Notes under the pieces: generated by a model
What the model was told of the DNA's origin: nothing
The model's input: only the letters and a program-made list of their open reading frames with translations
Databases searched by the model: none
Shown here: positions 25,629 to 34,289 of the stretch, in pieces
Numbering within the stretch: the stretch's first letter is position 1
Layout of the letters: each line of letters opens with the position of its first letter
Assembly: GCA_035281565.1 (NCBI GenBank)
Contig: DATEDS010000209.1
Location: 1 to 45,301, forward strand
Length of the DNA: 45,301 bases
Reading direction: 5' to 3'
Source: Gemmatimonadota bacterium
Lineage (GTDB): Bacteria; Gemmatimonadota; Gemmatimonadetes; JACCXV01; JAHWKZ01
Position numbers and translations under genes: made by a program

Positions 25629-26515
25629 GCGGCGTCCCGATGGTCCGTCCCGTCCTCGGAGACATCTCGGTGGTGATCCCGACCCTCGGCCGCGAGACGC
25701 TCAGCGAGTGCCTCCGGCGGATCGCCGACGGGGAGGCCAGGCCCGCGCGGGTCATCCTGGTCGATCAGGGCAACAATCCAGAGACCGCCGAGTGGGTGGC
25801 CGAGGCCGCCCGGGCTGGACTGCCGGTCGACCATCACCGCGCCCCCCGCCGGGGGCGGGCGGCCGCGGTTAACCGGGGGCTGGAGCACGTCCGGACGCGG
25901 TTCGTCGCCATCACCGACGACGACTGCTTCGCCGCCCCCGACTGGCTCCCCCGCCTGGCGGATCACCTGCGGCGGTCTCCCGGAACGATCGTGACGGGCA
26001 GAGTTGAGCCGATGGGCGAAGAGGAGGTCGTAGCCGTCGTGACCTCGCGCCTCCCGGCCACCTATCACCGACCCCGGCTCAGGCACGATTCCCTCTCGGG
26101 CGGCAACATGGGTGCTGCGATGACGGTCCTCGAGGGGATCGGTCCGCTCGACGAGGATCCGTGCCTGGCCACCGCCGAGGACTGCGAGTACTCGTACCGA
26201 GCGCTGCGCCGCGGCGTCCCCATCGCCTATGCACCCGACGTCCTGGTGAGCCATCTCGGATGGCGCGATGCCGGCCAGCGCGCGGCCACCTATCGGTCCT
26301 ACGCGCGCAGCCGTGCCGGCTTCTACGGCAAGTACCTGCGGCGCGGCGACTGGTTCATCGCGCTGAGGATCGGGGTCCAGCTCCTGCGGGCGTCCCGGCG
26401 GTGGGCCTCGGGGGTGATCACCGGGGACGCAGAACGAGCGCTCAACGGCCGCGCGAACGTGCTGGGACTCGTCCCCGGTCTCGTGGCCGGGTGGCGCAGC
26501 GGACGACCGTCGTGA
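25625..26515 (+). CDS. Family 2 glycosyltransferase
   Basis: ISVVIPTLGRETLSECL, VILVDQGNN and ITDDDCFAAPDW. GTG 25625 overlaps the upstream stop (GTGA). The alternative start is ATG 25640. Confidence 0.75.
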   Translation: MSGVPMVRPVLGDISVVIPTLGRETLSECLRRIADGEARPARVILVDQGNNPETAEWVAEAARAGLPVDHHRAPRRGRAAAVNRGLEHVRTRFVAITDDDCFAAPDWLPRLADHLRRSPGTIVTGRVEPMGEEEVVAVVTSRLPATYHRPRLRHDSLSGGNMGAAMTVLEGIGPLDEDPCLATAEDCEYSYRALRRGVPIAYAPDVLVSHLGWRDAGQRAATYRSYARSRAGFYGKYLRRGDWFIALRIGVQLLRASRRWASGVITGDAERALNGRANVLGLVPGLVAGWRSGRPS

Positions 26516-27990
26516 GCGGGGGCCGACTGCCACAACAGGCAGGCTCCGCGCTGGTCTGGAAGTCGATCCAGCTGGGCGGGGCCAAGCTGGTCTTTCTCGT
26601 CCGGATCCTGATCCTCGGCAGGCTGCTCGCGCCCGGCGACTTCGGGCTGTTCGCCGTCTCCGCAGTCGCGATCGGCTTCCTGATCCGCCTTACCGACTTC
26701 GGCATGTTCCAGGCCCTCGTCCAGCGACCCGAGACCGACACCCGTCATCTGGATGCCGGATGGACGGTCAACATGGTTCGGACGCTGGCGGTGGCAGGAG
26801 TGGTCCTGCTGGGTGCGCCCCTGATCGCCCAGCTCTTTGACGCGCCTCGGGCGACGGGCCTGATCCGGCTCCTGGCGCTCCAGCCCGTCCTGAACGCCGC
26901 GGCGAGCATCCGGCTGACCGGTCTCGTCCGCGATCTCCGGTTCCGGGCGCTCGCCATCCTCGGCCTGGGAGAGGCGATCGTCAACACGGTCGTCTCGATC
27001 GCCCTCGTGAAGCCGCTCGGGATGTGGGCGCTGGTCGCCGGTCCGCTGGCGGGCTCGGCCCTCAATCTGGCGGGCTCCTACTTCGTCGCTCCCCACCGCC
27101 CGAGATTTTCCTTCGACTTCCAGGCGGCTCGACCTCTGTTCAGCTACGGCCGCTGGATCTTCCTCAGCGCGCTGTTCGTGGTGACCGGCAACCTCGTTCT
27201 CCAGATGGTGATCTCGCGGCGCCTCGGCGTCGATGACCTGGGCCTGTACTTTCTTGCGACAAGGCTGGCTTTCCTTCCGGCCGAGGTATCGGGTCAGGTG
27301 GCCGGAGCGATCGCGTTCCCCCTTTACGCGAGACTTCAGACAAACCTTACGGGCGCTGTCCGGGCGTTCCGATCCATGCTCCGGGGAATGGCCGTCATCC
27401 TGATCCCGGCCTCGCTCCTACTGGCCGTGCTCGCCGACTCGCTCCAGAACGTCCTTGGCCCGAGATGGGAAGGGACCGAGCTGTTGATCGCCATCCTCGC
27501 CTGCACGAACGTCGTGGGTCTTCTCGGGGAGGCGGTGATTCCGGTGCTCAAGGGGACCGGTCATCCGCAAAAGCAGGCGTGGTTGCAGTTCGTCCTGTCG
27601 TCCCTCCTGATCCTCTTCGTATGGGGGTTGGCCGGTCCCTATGGGGTCGTCGGGGCCGCCCTGGCCTGGATCTTCGCGGTGGGAATCGATCAAATCTTCG
27701 CCTACATCTTCCTCCGGCAGGTTCTGATCCGGCCCCTCTCGGGGATGGCGGCCTCCCTGTTCGCCATCCTGACGGCCTCCACGCTGGGAATCGCCATGGC
27801 CGCCAGCGTCGAGTCGTTGCTGCCCGGAACTCTCGGCCTGGTGCTCTCGGTCACGCTCGCCCTCCCGGTCACGGCGCTCGTGATGTGGTCGCTGGATCGG
27901 CGTCTCGGTCTGGGGTTTGCCGCGGACATAGCCCGCGCCTACCCACCGATCGCACCCCTTCTGGGGTTGAATGCTGAGGTGCGGACTTGA
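26512..27990 (+). CDS. Wzx-like flippase (MOP superfamily), second copy in the window
   Basis: 492 aa from GTG 26512 (GTGA overlap): ...ALVWKSIQLGGAKLVFLVRILILGRLLAPGDFGLFAV..., polytopic throughout. Confidence 0.75.
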   Translation: MSGGRLPQQAGSALVWKSIQLGGAKLVFLVRILILGRLLAPGDFGLFAVSAVAIGFLIRLTDFGMFQALVQRPETDTRHLDAGWTVNMVRTLAVAGVVLLGAPLIAQLFDAPRATGLIRLLALQPVLNAAASIRLTGLVRDLRFRALAILGLGEAIVNTVVSIALVKPLGMWALVAGPLAGSALNLAGSYFVAPHRPRFSFDFQAARPLFSYGRWIFLSALFVVTGNLVLQMVISRRLGVDDLGLYFLATRLAFLPAEVSGQVAGAIAFPLYARLQTNLTGAVRAFRSMLRGMAVILIPASLLLAVLADSLQNVLGPRWEGTELLIAILACTNVVGLLGEAVIPVLKGTGHPQKQAWLQFVLSSLLILFVWGLAGPYGVVGAALAWIFAVGIDQIFAYIFLRQVLIRPLSGMAASLFAILTASTLGIAMAASVESLLPGTLGLVLSVTLALPVTALVMWSLDRRLGLGFAADIARAYPPIAPLLGLNAEVRT

Positions 27991-28730
27991 GCGATTCGAT
28001 CTCCCCGGCGCGACGTCTTCTTCCGCGATCCTTCCGGCGATGGGTGACACGTCTCAGGCGGTGGCCGCCGGTGGGGCGAGTCCGCTTCGGCAGCCTCCGC
28101 CGAGTCAAGCCCATCAGCCGAGAATGGGGATTCGATCGTGGTCGACCGGTGGACCGCCATTACATCGAGCGGTTCCTGGCGTCGAACGCCGGAGATGTCC
28201 GCGGCCGGGTCCTGGAAGTCGCGGGAAATCGCTACACGCGGATGTTCGGTGGTGACCGGGTAATCCACAGCGACGTCCTGCACGTAGCCGAGGGACAGCC
28301 CAACGTGACGATCGTTGCTGACCTCTCTCTCGGCGACGGCATCCCCTCGGAGACGTTCGATTGCGTGATCGTGACCCAGACGCTCCAGTACATCTACGAC
28401 CTCAAGGCCGCGATCGGCACGCTGCACCGCATCCTGAAGCCCGGTGGGGTGATCCTGGCAACCATCCCCGGGATCAGCAAGGTGAACCGTGAGGACATGG
28501 ATCGCTGGAGTTACTATTGGAACTTCACCACCTCGTCCGCGAGGAGATTGTTCCAGGAATACTTCGAGCCGCAGGATGTCAGCGTCGAGGCCCATGGAAG
28601 CGTTCTCTCGGCCATCGCCTTCCTTCACGGTCTCGCGGACCGGGAGCTTGAGCCGGACGAGCTGGAATTCCACGATCCCGACTACCAGGTCCTGATCGGG
28701 GTGAGGGCACGCAAGTCCGGAGGCGGATGA
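27987..28730 (+). CDS. Class I SAM-dependent methyltransferase
   Basis: RVLEVAGN (motif I region), FDCVIVTQTLQYIYD and LKPGGVILATIPG. The TTG start overlaps the upstream stop (TTGA). GTG 28044 is the alternative. Confidence 0.75.
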   Translation: MSDSISPARRLLPRSFRRWVTRLRRWPPVGRVRFGSLRRVKPISREWGFDRGRPVDRHYIERFLASNAGDVRGRVLEVAGNRYTRMFGGDRVIHSDVLHVAEGQPNVTIVADLSLGDGIPSETFDCVIVTQTLQYIYDLKAAIGTLHRILKPGGVILATIPGISKVNREDMDRWSYYWNFTTSSARRLFQEYFEPQDVSVEAHGSVLSAIAFLHGLADRELEPDELEFHDPDYQVLIGVRARKSGGG

Positions 28731-29722
28731 GGCTGCCCGGTCGAAAGAGCGTCGTCCAGGTGTCGCGTTGGCTCAGGAGCCGGTCCGGAGAGCGCGCGCT
28801 GGTCCTGGGTTATCACCGGATCGCGAGTCCGACCTCCGACCCCTATTCGCTCTGCGTGGCGCCCGAACGGTTCGATGAGCAGCTGGACGCGATCCGCCGC
28901 CACGCGCGGCCCGTGGGCCTTGGCGAGCTGCGACGCGCCCTCACGAACGATGAGCCGCTCGACGACGCGGTTGCGATCACCTTCGATGACGGCTACGCCG
29001 ACGTCCTCACCGACGCCGTTCCGCTCCTCGAGAGACATCGGGTCCCGGCGACCGTGTTCGTGATCGCCGGACTCCTTGGGCGGGAGTACTGGTGGGAGAC
29101 CCTGGCCCGGATCCTCGCGCCCCGGCGACCCCTTCCGGCTCGGCTTCGGCTGTCGCTCGAACCGGACACCTTCGAGTGGGATTCGCGGGGTGACGATCAC
29201 GACACAGGAAGGCGCCGCGAGCTCCTCTTCGCGCTCCACCGCCGGCTCCTGCCCCTTCCCGACGAGCACCGGCGGGCCGCGCTGAACACTCTCCTCGCCT
29301 GGGCCGGGGCCGACGCCGCTGAGCCACCGTCCTCCCGGTCGCTGAGCCCTGGCGAGGTCGCCCGGCTGGCACGGAGGGATCTCGTCGAGGTGGGATCGCA
29401 CACCAGCACCCACCCTGTCCTTCCGGACCTCCAGGACGACCGGCAACGCGCCGAGATCGAGCGCAGCAAGGCCGACCTGGAGGGGCTGCTCGGTCGGCCG
29501 GTCCTTTCGTTCTCGTACCCCCACGGCCGGTCGTCCGCGGAGACCGCGAGGTTCGTTCGCGAGAGCGGCTACGAATGCGCCTGCACTTCGCGCAACGACA
29601 TGGTTCGGCGTGGCAGCGACCCCTTCGACCTGCCCCGCTTCTGGGTCCCGGATTGGGACGGCGCCCGGTTCTCGCGGTGGCTCGGACGATGGCTGGGCCG
29701 GTCTCGTGCGGAGGACGCGTGA
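28727..29722 (+). CDS. Polysaccharide deacetylase (NodB-homology / CE4-like)
   Basis: VAITFDDGYADV, RVPATVFV and GSHTSTHP motifs. ATGA overlap with the upstream stop. Confidence 0.8.
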   Translation: MRLPGRKSVVQVSRWLRSRSGERALVLGYHRIASPTSDPYSLCVAPERFDEQLDAIRRHARPVGLGELRRALTNDEPLDDAVAITFDDGYADVLTDAVPLLERHRVPATVFVIAGLLGREYWWETLARILAPRRPLPARLRLSLEPDTFEWDSRGDDHDTGRRRELLFALHRRLLPLPDEHRRAALNTLLAWAGADAAEPPSSRSLSPGEVARLARRDLVEVGSHTSTHPVLPDLQDDRQRAEIERSKADLEGLLGRPVLSFSYPHGRSSAETARFVRESGYECACTSRNDMVRRGSDPFDLPRFWVPDWDGARFSRWLGRWLGRSRAEDA

Positions 29723-30648
29723 TGACACAGGGACGTCATCGTCACGTCGAGCGGGTGTCCGTGATCATGCCCTTCTACGACACCCGTCCGGAATTCATGC
29801 GCGAAGCGATCGAGAGCGTACTCTCGCAGACCTTCCGCGACTGGCGGCTCCTGCTGGTCGACGACGGCTCGGCCGAGGGCAGCTCTTCGGTGGCCAGGTC
29901 CTACGCGTCGATCCACGATGCGAAGGTGATCTATCTGGAGCACCCCGGCCACCGGAACCGGGGTCAGAGCGCCTCGCGAAACCTCGCCATCGAGCACGCC
30001 AGGGGCGAATACCTTGCGTTCCTGGACGCCGACGATATCTGGCTCCCGCATGTTCTGGAGGAGCAGGTGGGTCTGCTGACCGCCCATCCGGAGGCGGGGA
30101 TGCTTTACGGCAACACGCTCTACTGGCACAGCTGGAGCGGAGACCCGGCCAGCCGTGACCTGGATTATGTCCCCTACCTCGGGATCCCTTCCGGCACCGT
30201 CGTCGATCCCCCCCGACTCGTTCCGCTCCTGCTGGGCGGCAAGGCCGCTGTCCCCTGCCCCTCCGCCGTCACTGCCCGGCGGGCGGCGGTCGAACAGGTG
30301 GGCGGTTTCGTGGAATCGGCTCCGCGACCCAACGAAGACCAGTTCTTCTTCGCCAAGATGGGCCTGCATTTCCCGGTCCTCGTCTCGGATCGCTGCTGGA
30401 CTCTTTACCGACAGCACGCAGGGTCGGTGAGCGGGCCGCAATCAGCTGTCTATCAGCGCGAGAACCGAAACACCTATCTGAACTGGCTCGATAGCTACAT
30501 GCTCGCGCACGGGATGGATGATCACGCCGTCCGGAGCGCGCTTTCCAGGGAGCATTGGAAGCTGCGGCACCCGGCGTCCGCCCGAATCATGCGGATCGGA
30601 AGACGGCTCGTGCTACGGACGCTGCTGGGAAGACCGAAGGCCCGGTAG
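29719..30648 (+). CDS. Family 2 glycosyltransferase
   Basis: VSVIMPFYDTRPEFMREAIESVLSQTF, LLLVDDGSAEGS and FLDADDIW. The start is GTG 29719 (GTGA overlap) or ATG 29722. Confidence 0.8.
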   Translation: MMTQGRHRHVERVSVIMPFYDTRPEFMREAIESVLSQTFRDWRLLLVDDGSAEGSSSVARSYASIHDAKVIYLEHPGHRNRGQSASRNLAIEHARGEYLAFLDADDIWLPHVLEEQVGLLTAHPEAGMLYGNTLYWHSWSGDPASRDLDYVPYLGIPSGTVVDPPRLVPLLLGGKAAVPCPSAVTARRAAVEQVGGFVESAPRPNEDQFFFAKMGLHFPVLVSDRCWTLYRQHAGSVSGPQSAVYQRENRNTYLNWLDSYMLAHGMDDHAVRSALSREHWKLRHPASARIMRIGRRLVLRTLLGRPKAR

Positions 30649-30650
30649 TC

Positions 30651-31574
30651 GTGCCCGGCGACCTCAACAGCCAGCTCGTGGCCGTCATCGTGCTGACGTT
30701 CAATCAGTGCGAGCGAAGCCTCCGCTGCATGGCTGACGTTGGGGCCCAGGAGGGCGCGCCGTTCGATCTCGTTCTGTGGGATAACGGCTCCGGGGATGGC
30801 ACGGCCGAGCGGGTGCGGGAGGCGTTCCCCGGGGTCCTCGTACATTCCCACCCGGTGAACCTCGGGGTCGCATCGGGGCGGAACGCCGCGGCGGCGCTGG
30901 CGATGGAACGGCTGGCTCCATCCCACCTTCTCTTTCTCGACAACGACATCACGCCGTGGCCAGGATTCATCCGCGAGTTGCTGGCCCCTTTCGACCACGA
31001 CGCCCGTCTCGCCCAGACCCAGGCCAAGCTGCTCTACACGGACGACCCGAAGCGGCTCAACGACGGGGGTGGTCACCGGGTCCAGTTCTGGCTCGGCCGG
31101 ACCACCCCGGTCGGCTACAAGGAGATCGACCGTGGCCAGCACGATCGCCCCGCGCCCTGCCTGCCGTGCGGCGGGGCGATGATGGTCCGCGCGGACGTCT
31201 TCCGCGACCTCGGCGGCTTCGATGCGACCTTCGATCCGTTCGGACCGGAGGACCTCGACTTCTCGCTGCGGGTGCGGGAAGCCGGCTGGCGCGCTCTCTA
31301 CGTCCCCACCGCGGTGGCCTACCACGAGGTGACCCACACCTTCGGCGCCGGCTACAGCGAGGACTACGCCCGGCTCAAGGCGCAGCACTGGCTGCGCCTC
31401 CTGCGCCGCCACGCCTCGGCCTGGCAGCAGCTCGGCTTCGTCCTGCTGGGAGGCCCGTTGGCACTCGGGCAGATGATCCTTCGCGAGGTGCGGCGCGGCA
31501 ACGTGTCGGCCGTGCGGGGCGTCCTCCAGGGGGCCTGGGAGCTGGGACGTTCGCGCTTCCGGGCGCACGGCTGA
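30651..31574 (+). CDS. Family 2 glycosyltransferase (rhamnosyltransferase-like subgroup)
   Basis: VAVIVLTFNQ, LVLWDNGSGDGT, FLDNDITP and GGAMMVRADVFRDLGGFD. Start at GTG 30651, 2 nt after the upstream stop. Confidence 0.75.
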   Translation: MPGDLNSQLVAVIVLTFNQCERSLRCMADVGAQEGAPFDLVLWDNGSGDGTAERVREAFPGVLVHSHPVNLGVASGRNAAAALAMERLAPSHLLFLDNDITPWPGFIRELLAPFDHDARLAQTQAKLLYTDDPKRLNDGGGHRVQFWLGRTTPVGYKEIDRGQHDRPAPCLPCGGAMMVRADVFRDLGGFDATFDPFGPEDLDFSLRVREAGWRALYVPTAVAYHEVTHTFGAGYSEDYARLKAQHWLRLLRRHASAWQQLGFVLLGGPLALGQMILREVRRGNVSAVRGVLQGAWELGRSRFRAHG

Positions 31575-31579
31575 TCCGC

Positions 31580-32587
31580 GTGGCCGAGTGGCGCCGCCCG
31601 GGCCCATCGACCACGAGCCCTCGTACGCGAGGTGCGGGTCGATGGCTTTACAGGCGCGCTCGCAAACGGATCGTTCGTCCCCTTTTCAGGCGACTCTATC
31701 GGGACACCGATCGAGACGTCCGGAAGAGCATCCTCATCGCCGGGACGGGACGGAGCGGTACCACGTGGTTGGCGGATGTCCTCTCCGCCATGCTCCCGTG
31801 CCGCGTCATGTTCGAGCCGTTTCACTGCGATTTCATCGAGGCCTTTCGCGATTTCCATTACTTCCATTACGCTCGTCCTGAAGAGCCGGACGATCGACTT
31901 CTGTCCTTCTGTCAGACCGTTTTCTCGGGCTCCATCCGGCATCCCTGGATCGACAGCGGGGTTGGCCACCTGCTCCCGAAGTGCAGGGTGATCAAGGAGA
32001 TCCGGGCCAACCTCTTTCTGAGGTGGATTCGCGAGCGCTTCCCCGGCCTTCCGATATTGTTCCTGCTACGACATCCGTGCGCGGTCGTTCTGTCGCGAAT
32101 CCGCTCCCGCTGGGCGACCGATTCCGACATCGCTCCCTTCCTGGCCCAGGAGAAGCTGGTCGAGGATCACCTGCGGGAGCGACTGGACCTGATCCGGGGG
32201 GCGCGCAGGGAAGAGGAAAAGCACGCGGTCGTCTGGTGTGTCAGCAACCTCGTCCCGCTCGCCCAGTTCGGCCCGGGCGAGCTGGACATCTTCTTCTACG
32301 AGAGGCTGTGCACGCAGCCGGAGCCCGAGGTACGGAGAATGGTCCGGATCCTGAGCGAGGGGTCCTTCGAGGCGGATGGAGCGAAGCTCGGAAGGGCCCT
32401 CCGGCGAATCGACATCCCTTCCGGAACGACGTTGAGGTCGAGTGCGGTCATTACCGGCGAGGATCCGGTCGGACGCTGGCGGAGGGACCTGTCGCAGGAC
32501 CAGATCGCGAACATCCTCGGCGTCGTGGACGCCTTCGGGCTGGGGCACCTCTACGGGGACTCCGTGCTCCCGCAGACGGACCACTGA
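31580..32587 (+). CDS. Sulfotransferase (PAPS-dependent type)
   Basis: ILIAGTGRSGTTWLADVL matches the 5'-phosphosulfate-binding loop. FLLRHPCAVVLSRIRS matches the 3'-phosphate-binding region. Start at GTG 31580 in the frame of track ORF 30956..32587. Confidence 0.7.
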   Translation: MAEWRRPGPSTTSPRTRGAGRWLYRRARKRIVRPLFRRLYRDTDRDVRKSILIAGTGRSGTTWLADVLSAMLPCRVMFEPFHCDFIEAFRDFHYFHYARPEEPDDRLLSFCQTVFSGSIRHPWIDSGVGHLLPKCRVIKEIRANLFLRWIRERFPGLPILFLLRHPCAVVLSRIRSRWATDSDIAPFLAQEKLVEDHLRERLDLIRGARREEEKHAVVWCVSNLVPLAQFGPGELDIFFYERLCTQPEPEVRRMVRILSEGSFEADGAKLGRALRRIDIPSGTTLRSSAVITGEDPVGRWRRDLSQDQIANILGVVDAFGLGHLYGDSVLPQTDH

Positions 32588-32625
32588 CGTGAGGCCCGAA
32601 GCGGCCGGCGGGCCGCGCACGGCGG

Positions 32626-33444
32626 TCATCCCACCCGCAATCGAATCTGATCCCGCACGAAGCGCAGCGGGCCTTCCCGTCCGCCGATCGTGGCCGGCGT
32701 GGCGGGGCCCCGGCGGATGACCCGCTTCAGGTTCTCCGCAGGGCCCTCGCGATCGAGGTTCGCCGAGAGGACGAACCCGTAGCGGCCAAGGTTCCGCAGG
32801 TGGGCCGGAAACGGCAGCGGGTCGCTCCCGGGGAGCACCCCGAGCCCCCGTGCCTCGGCCTCCCGGAAGAGCGCGGGACGGGGAGTACCCTGCGGCCGAT
32901 TCCCGTTGTCTCCCAGGAAGAACTCGCCCGGCCGGGCCGTGGCGACGATCCGCCGCACGATTTCCCCACGCCGACCCCACCACTTGCCGAACCCCCAGGG
33001 CAGAACGGCCAGGCCTCCGCCTTCGCGGGTCATCCCGAGCGTGGTCTCCAGGGAAGCGCCTTCTTCCAGTCGCCCCGTGCTCCCCAGAGACAGGACCTCG
33101 AGCTGCTCGAGGGTCGTGACCTGTCTCCCGGCAACCAGGAGCAGCGTCGCACCGCTCTGGTTCCGCGCGTAGAGGGAAATTTCCTCGCCGGTTCCGGTCA
33201 CGCTCCATGGGGAGGACACCCGCTCCGCCAGCTCCTCGAACGGATGGCAGTCCCGCGCCTGTGCCAGGAGGAGGACTCCCAGGAACGACATCCCCGCAGG
33301 GGAGCCCGGGCCCGCCAGACCGCGGCCCAGGTTGGCGGCGGCGTGATCCAGCGCGGACGACAGCTCGAAGCAGCCGCGGAGATGCGCATGGGCGTCGATC
33401 GCGATCGTGCGCGGCAGCTCCCCCGACGCAGGGAGCCCGCTCAC
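32626..33444 (-). CDS. Hypothetical protein; possible metal-dependent hydrolase (IDAHAH motif)
   Basis: 272 aa. The GTG start overlaps the upstream stop (GTGA). The N-terminal TIAIDAHAHL resembles the H-x-H of PHP or amidohydrolase folds. I recognise no other family signature. Confidence 0.4.
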   Translation of the reverse strand: MSGLPASGELPRTIAIDAHAHLRGCFELSSALDHAAANLGRGLAGPGSPAGMSFLGVLLLAQARDCHPFEELAERVSSPWSVTGTGEEISLYARNQSGATLLLVAGRQVTTLEQLEVLSLGSTGRLEEGASLETTLGMTREGGGLAVLPWGFGKWWGRRGEIVRRIVATARPGEFFLGDNGNRPQGTPRPALFREAEARGLGVLPGSDPLPFPAHLRNLGRYGFVLSANLDREGPAENLKRVIRRGPATPATIGGREGPLRFVRDQIRLRVG

Positions 33445-34289
33445 GTCCTGACGGCGACCACGGAGAACTTGTAGGCGAATCGGAGAGCGATGGGCTCGGG
33501 GACCAGGTTGTAGACCGGCCGGAAGACCGATCGGTAGAGAGCGGCCTTGACACCGCTCCGGCGGACAGGCAGCGCCCGGTGGTGCTCCCGTGACGTCTCG
33601 ACGATCTCGAAGCCGTCGAACATGGCGAGGATCTCGGGCTCGGTGTAGAACTCGTTCACCGGCGGATCCTCCTCCTTGTACTCGATGTTCTCGTGCCCCC
33701 AGCGGTGCATCAGATACATCCAGGACGGTCTTCGGTAGAAGTGGGAGATGATCGCCCGTCCTCCAGGCTTCAGCACGCGACGTACTTCTGCGATGGCGCG
33801 CACCGTGTCACCCGTCGCGTGCAGAACGCCGTTCGCCCACACCCCGTCGAACGTCCGTTCCTCGTAGGGCAGGGCCAGCGCATTCGCGGTCACGACGTCT
33901 TCGGCGCTCACTCCCTCGAGCTCGAAATGGCGCCGCGCCAGGGCGACGGCGTTCGGGGTGAGATCGGTGGCGGTCACGCGGACACCGCGCTTCAGAAACT
34001 CGAGGCTGTCGTAGCCCATTCCGCAACCCACCTCGAGGAGATGCCGGCCACGGAGCAGGGCCGCCTCACGCTCGATCCGCTCCATGATCCAGGGGAACTT
34101 GAACGGGTTCATCCAGGGCCGGATGTGATCGAAGAACTCCCGCGTACCGACCTCCAGGCGGGGGTCGGTCACGTACTGCAGCCCGAGGGTGTGGGCGTCC
34201 CAATAGTCGCGGACGGATTCGACGACCGGGTCCAGCTCGGGATCCATGCTCCCTCCTCCGCGCCGTTTCGCGGTCACGGGCTCAATCAT
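33441..34289 (-). CDS. Class I SAM-dependent methyltransferase
   Basis: LLEVGCGMGYDSLEF (motif I), VTATDL and LKPGGRAIIS. Confidence 0.8.
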   Translation of the reverse strand: MIEPVTAKRRGGGSMDPELDPVVESVRDYWDAHTLGLQYVTDPRLEVGTREFFDHIRPWMNPFKFPWIMERIEREAALLRGRHLLEVGCGMGYDSLEFLKRGVRVTATDLTPNAVALARRHFELEGVSAEDVVTANALALPYEERTFDGVWANGVLHATGDTVRAIAEVRRVLKPGGRAIISHFYRRPSWMYLMHRWGHENIEYKEEDPPVNEFYTEPEILAMFDGFEIVETSREHHRALPVRRSGVKAALYRSVFRPVYNLVPEPIALRFAYKFSVVAVRT

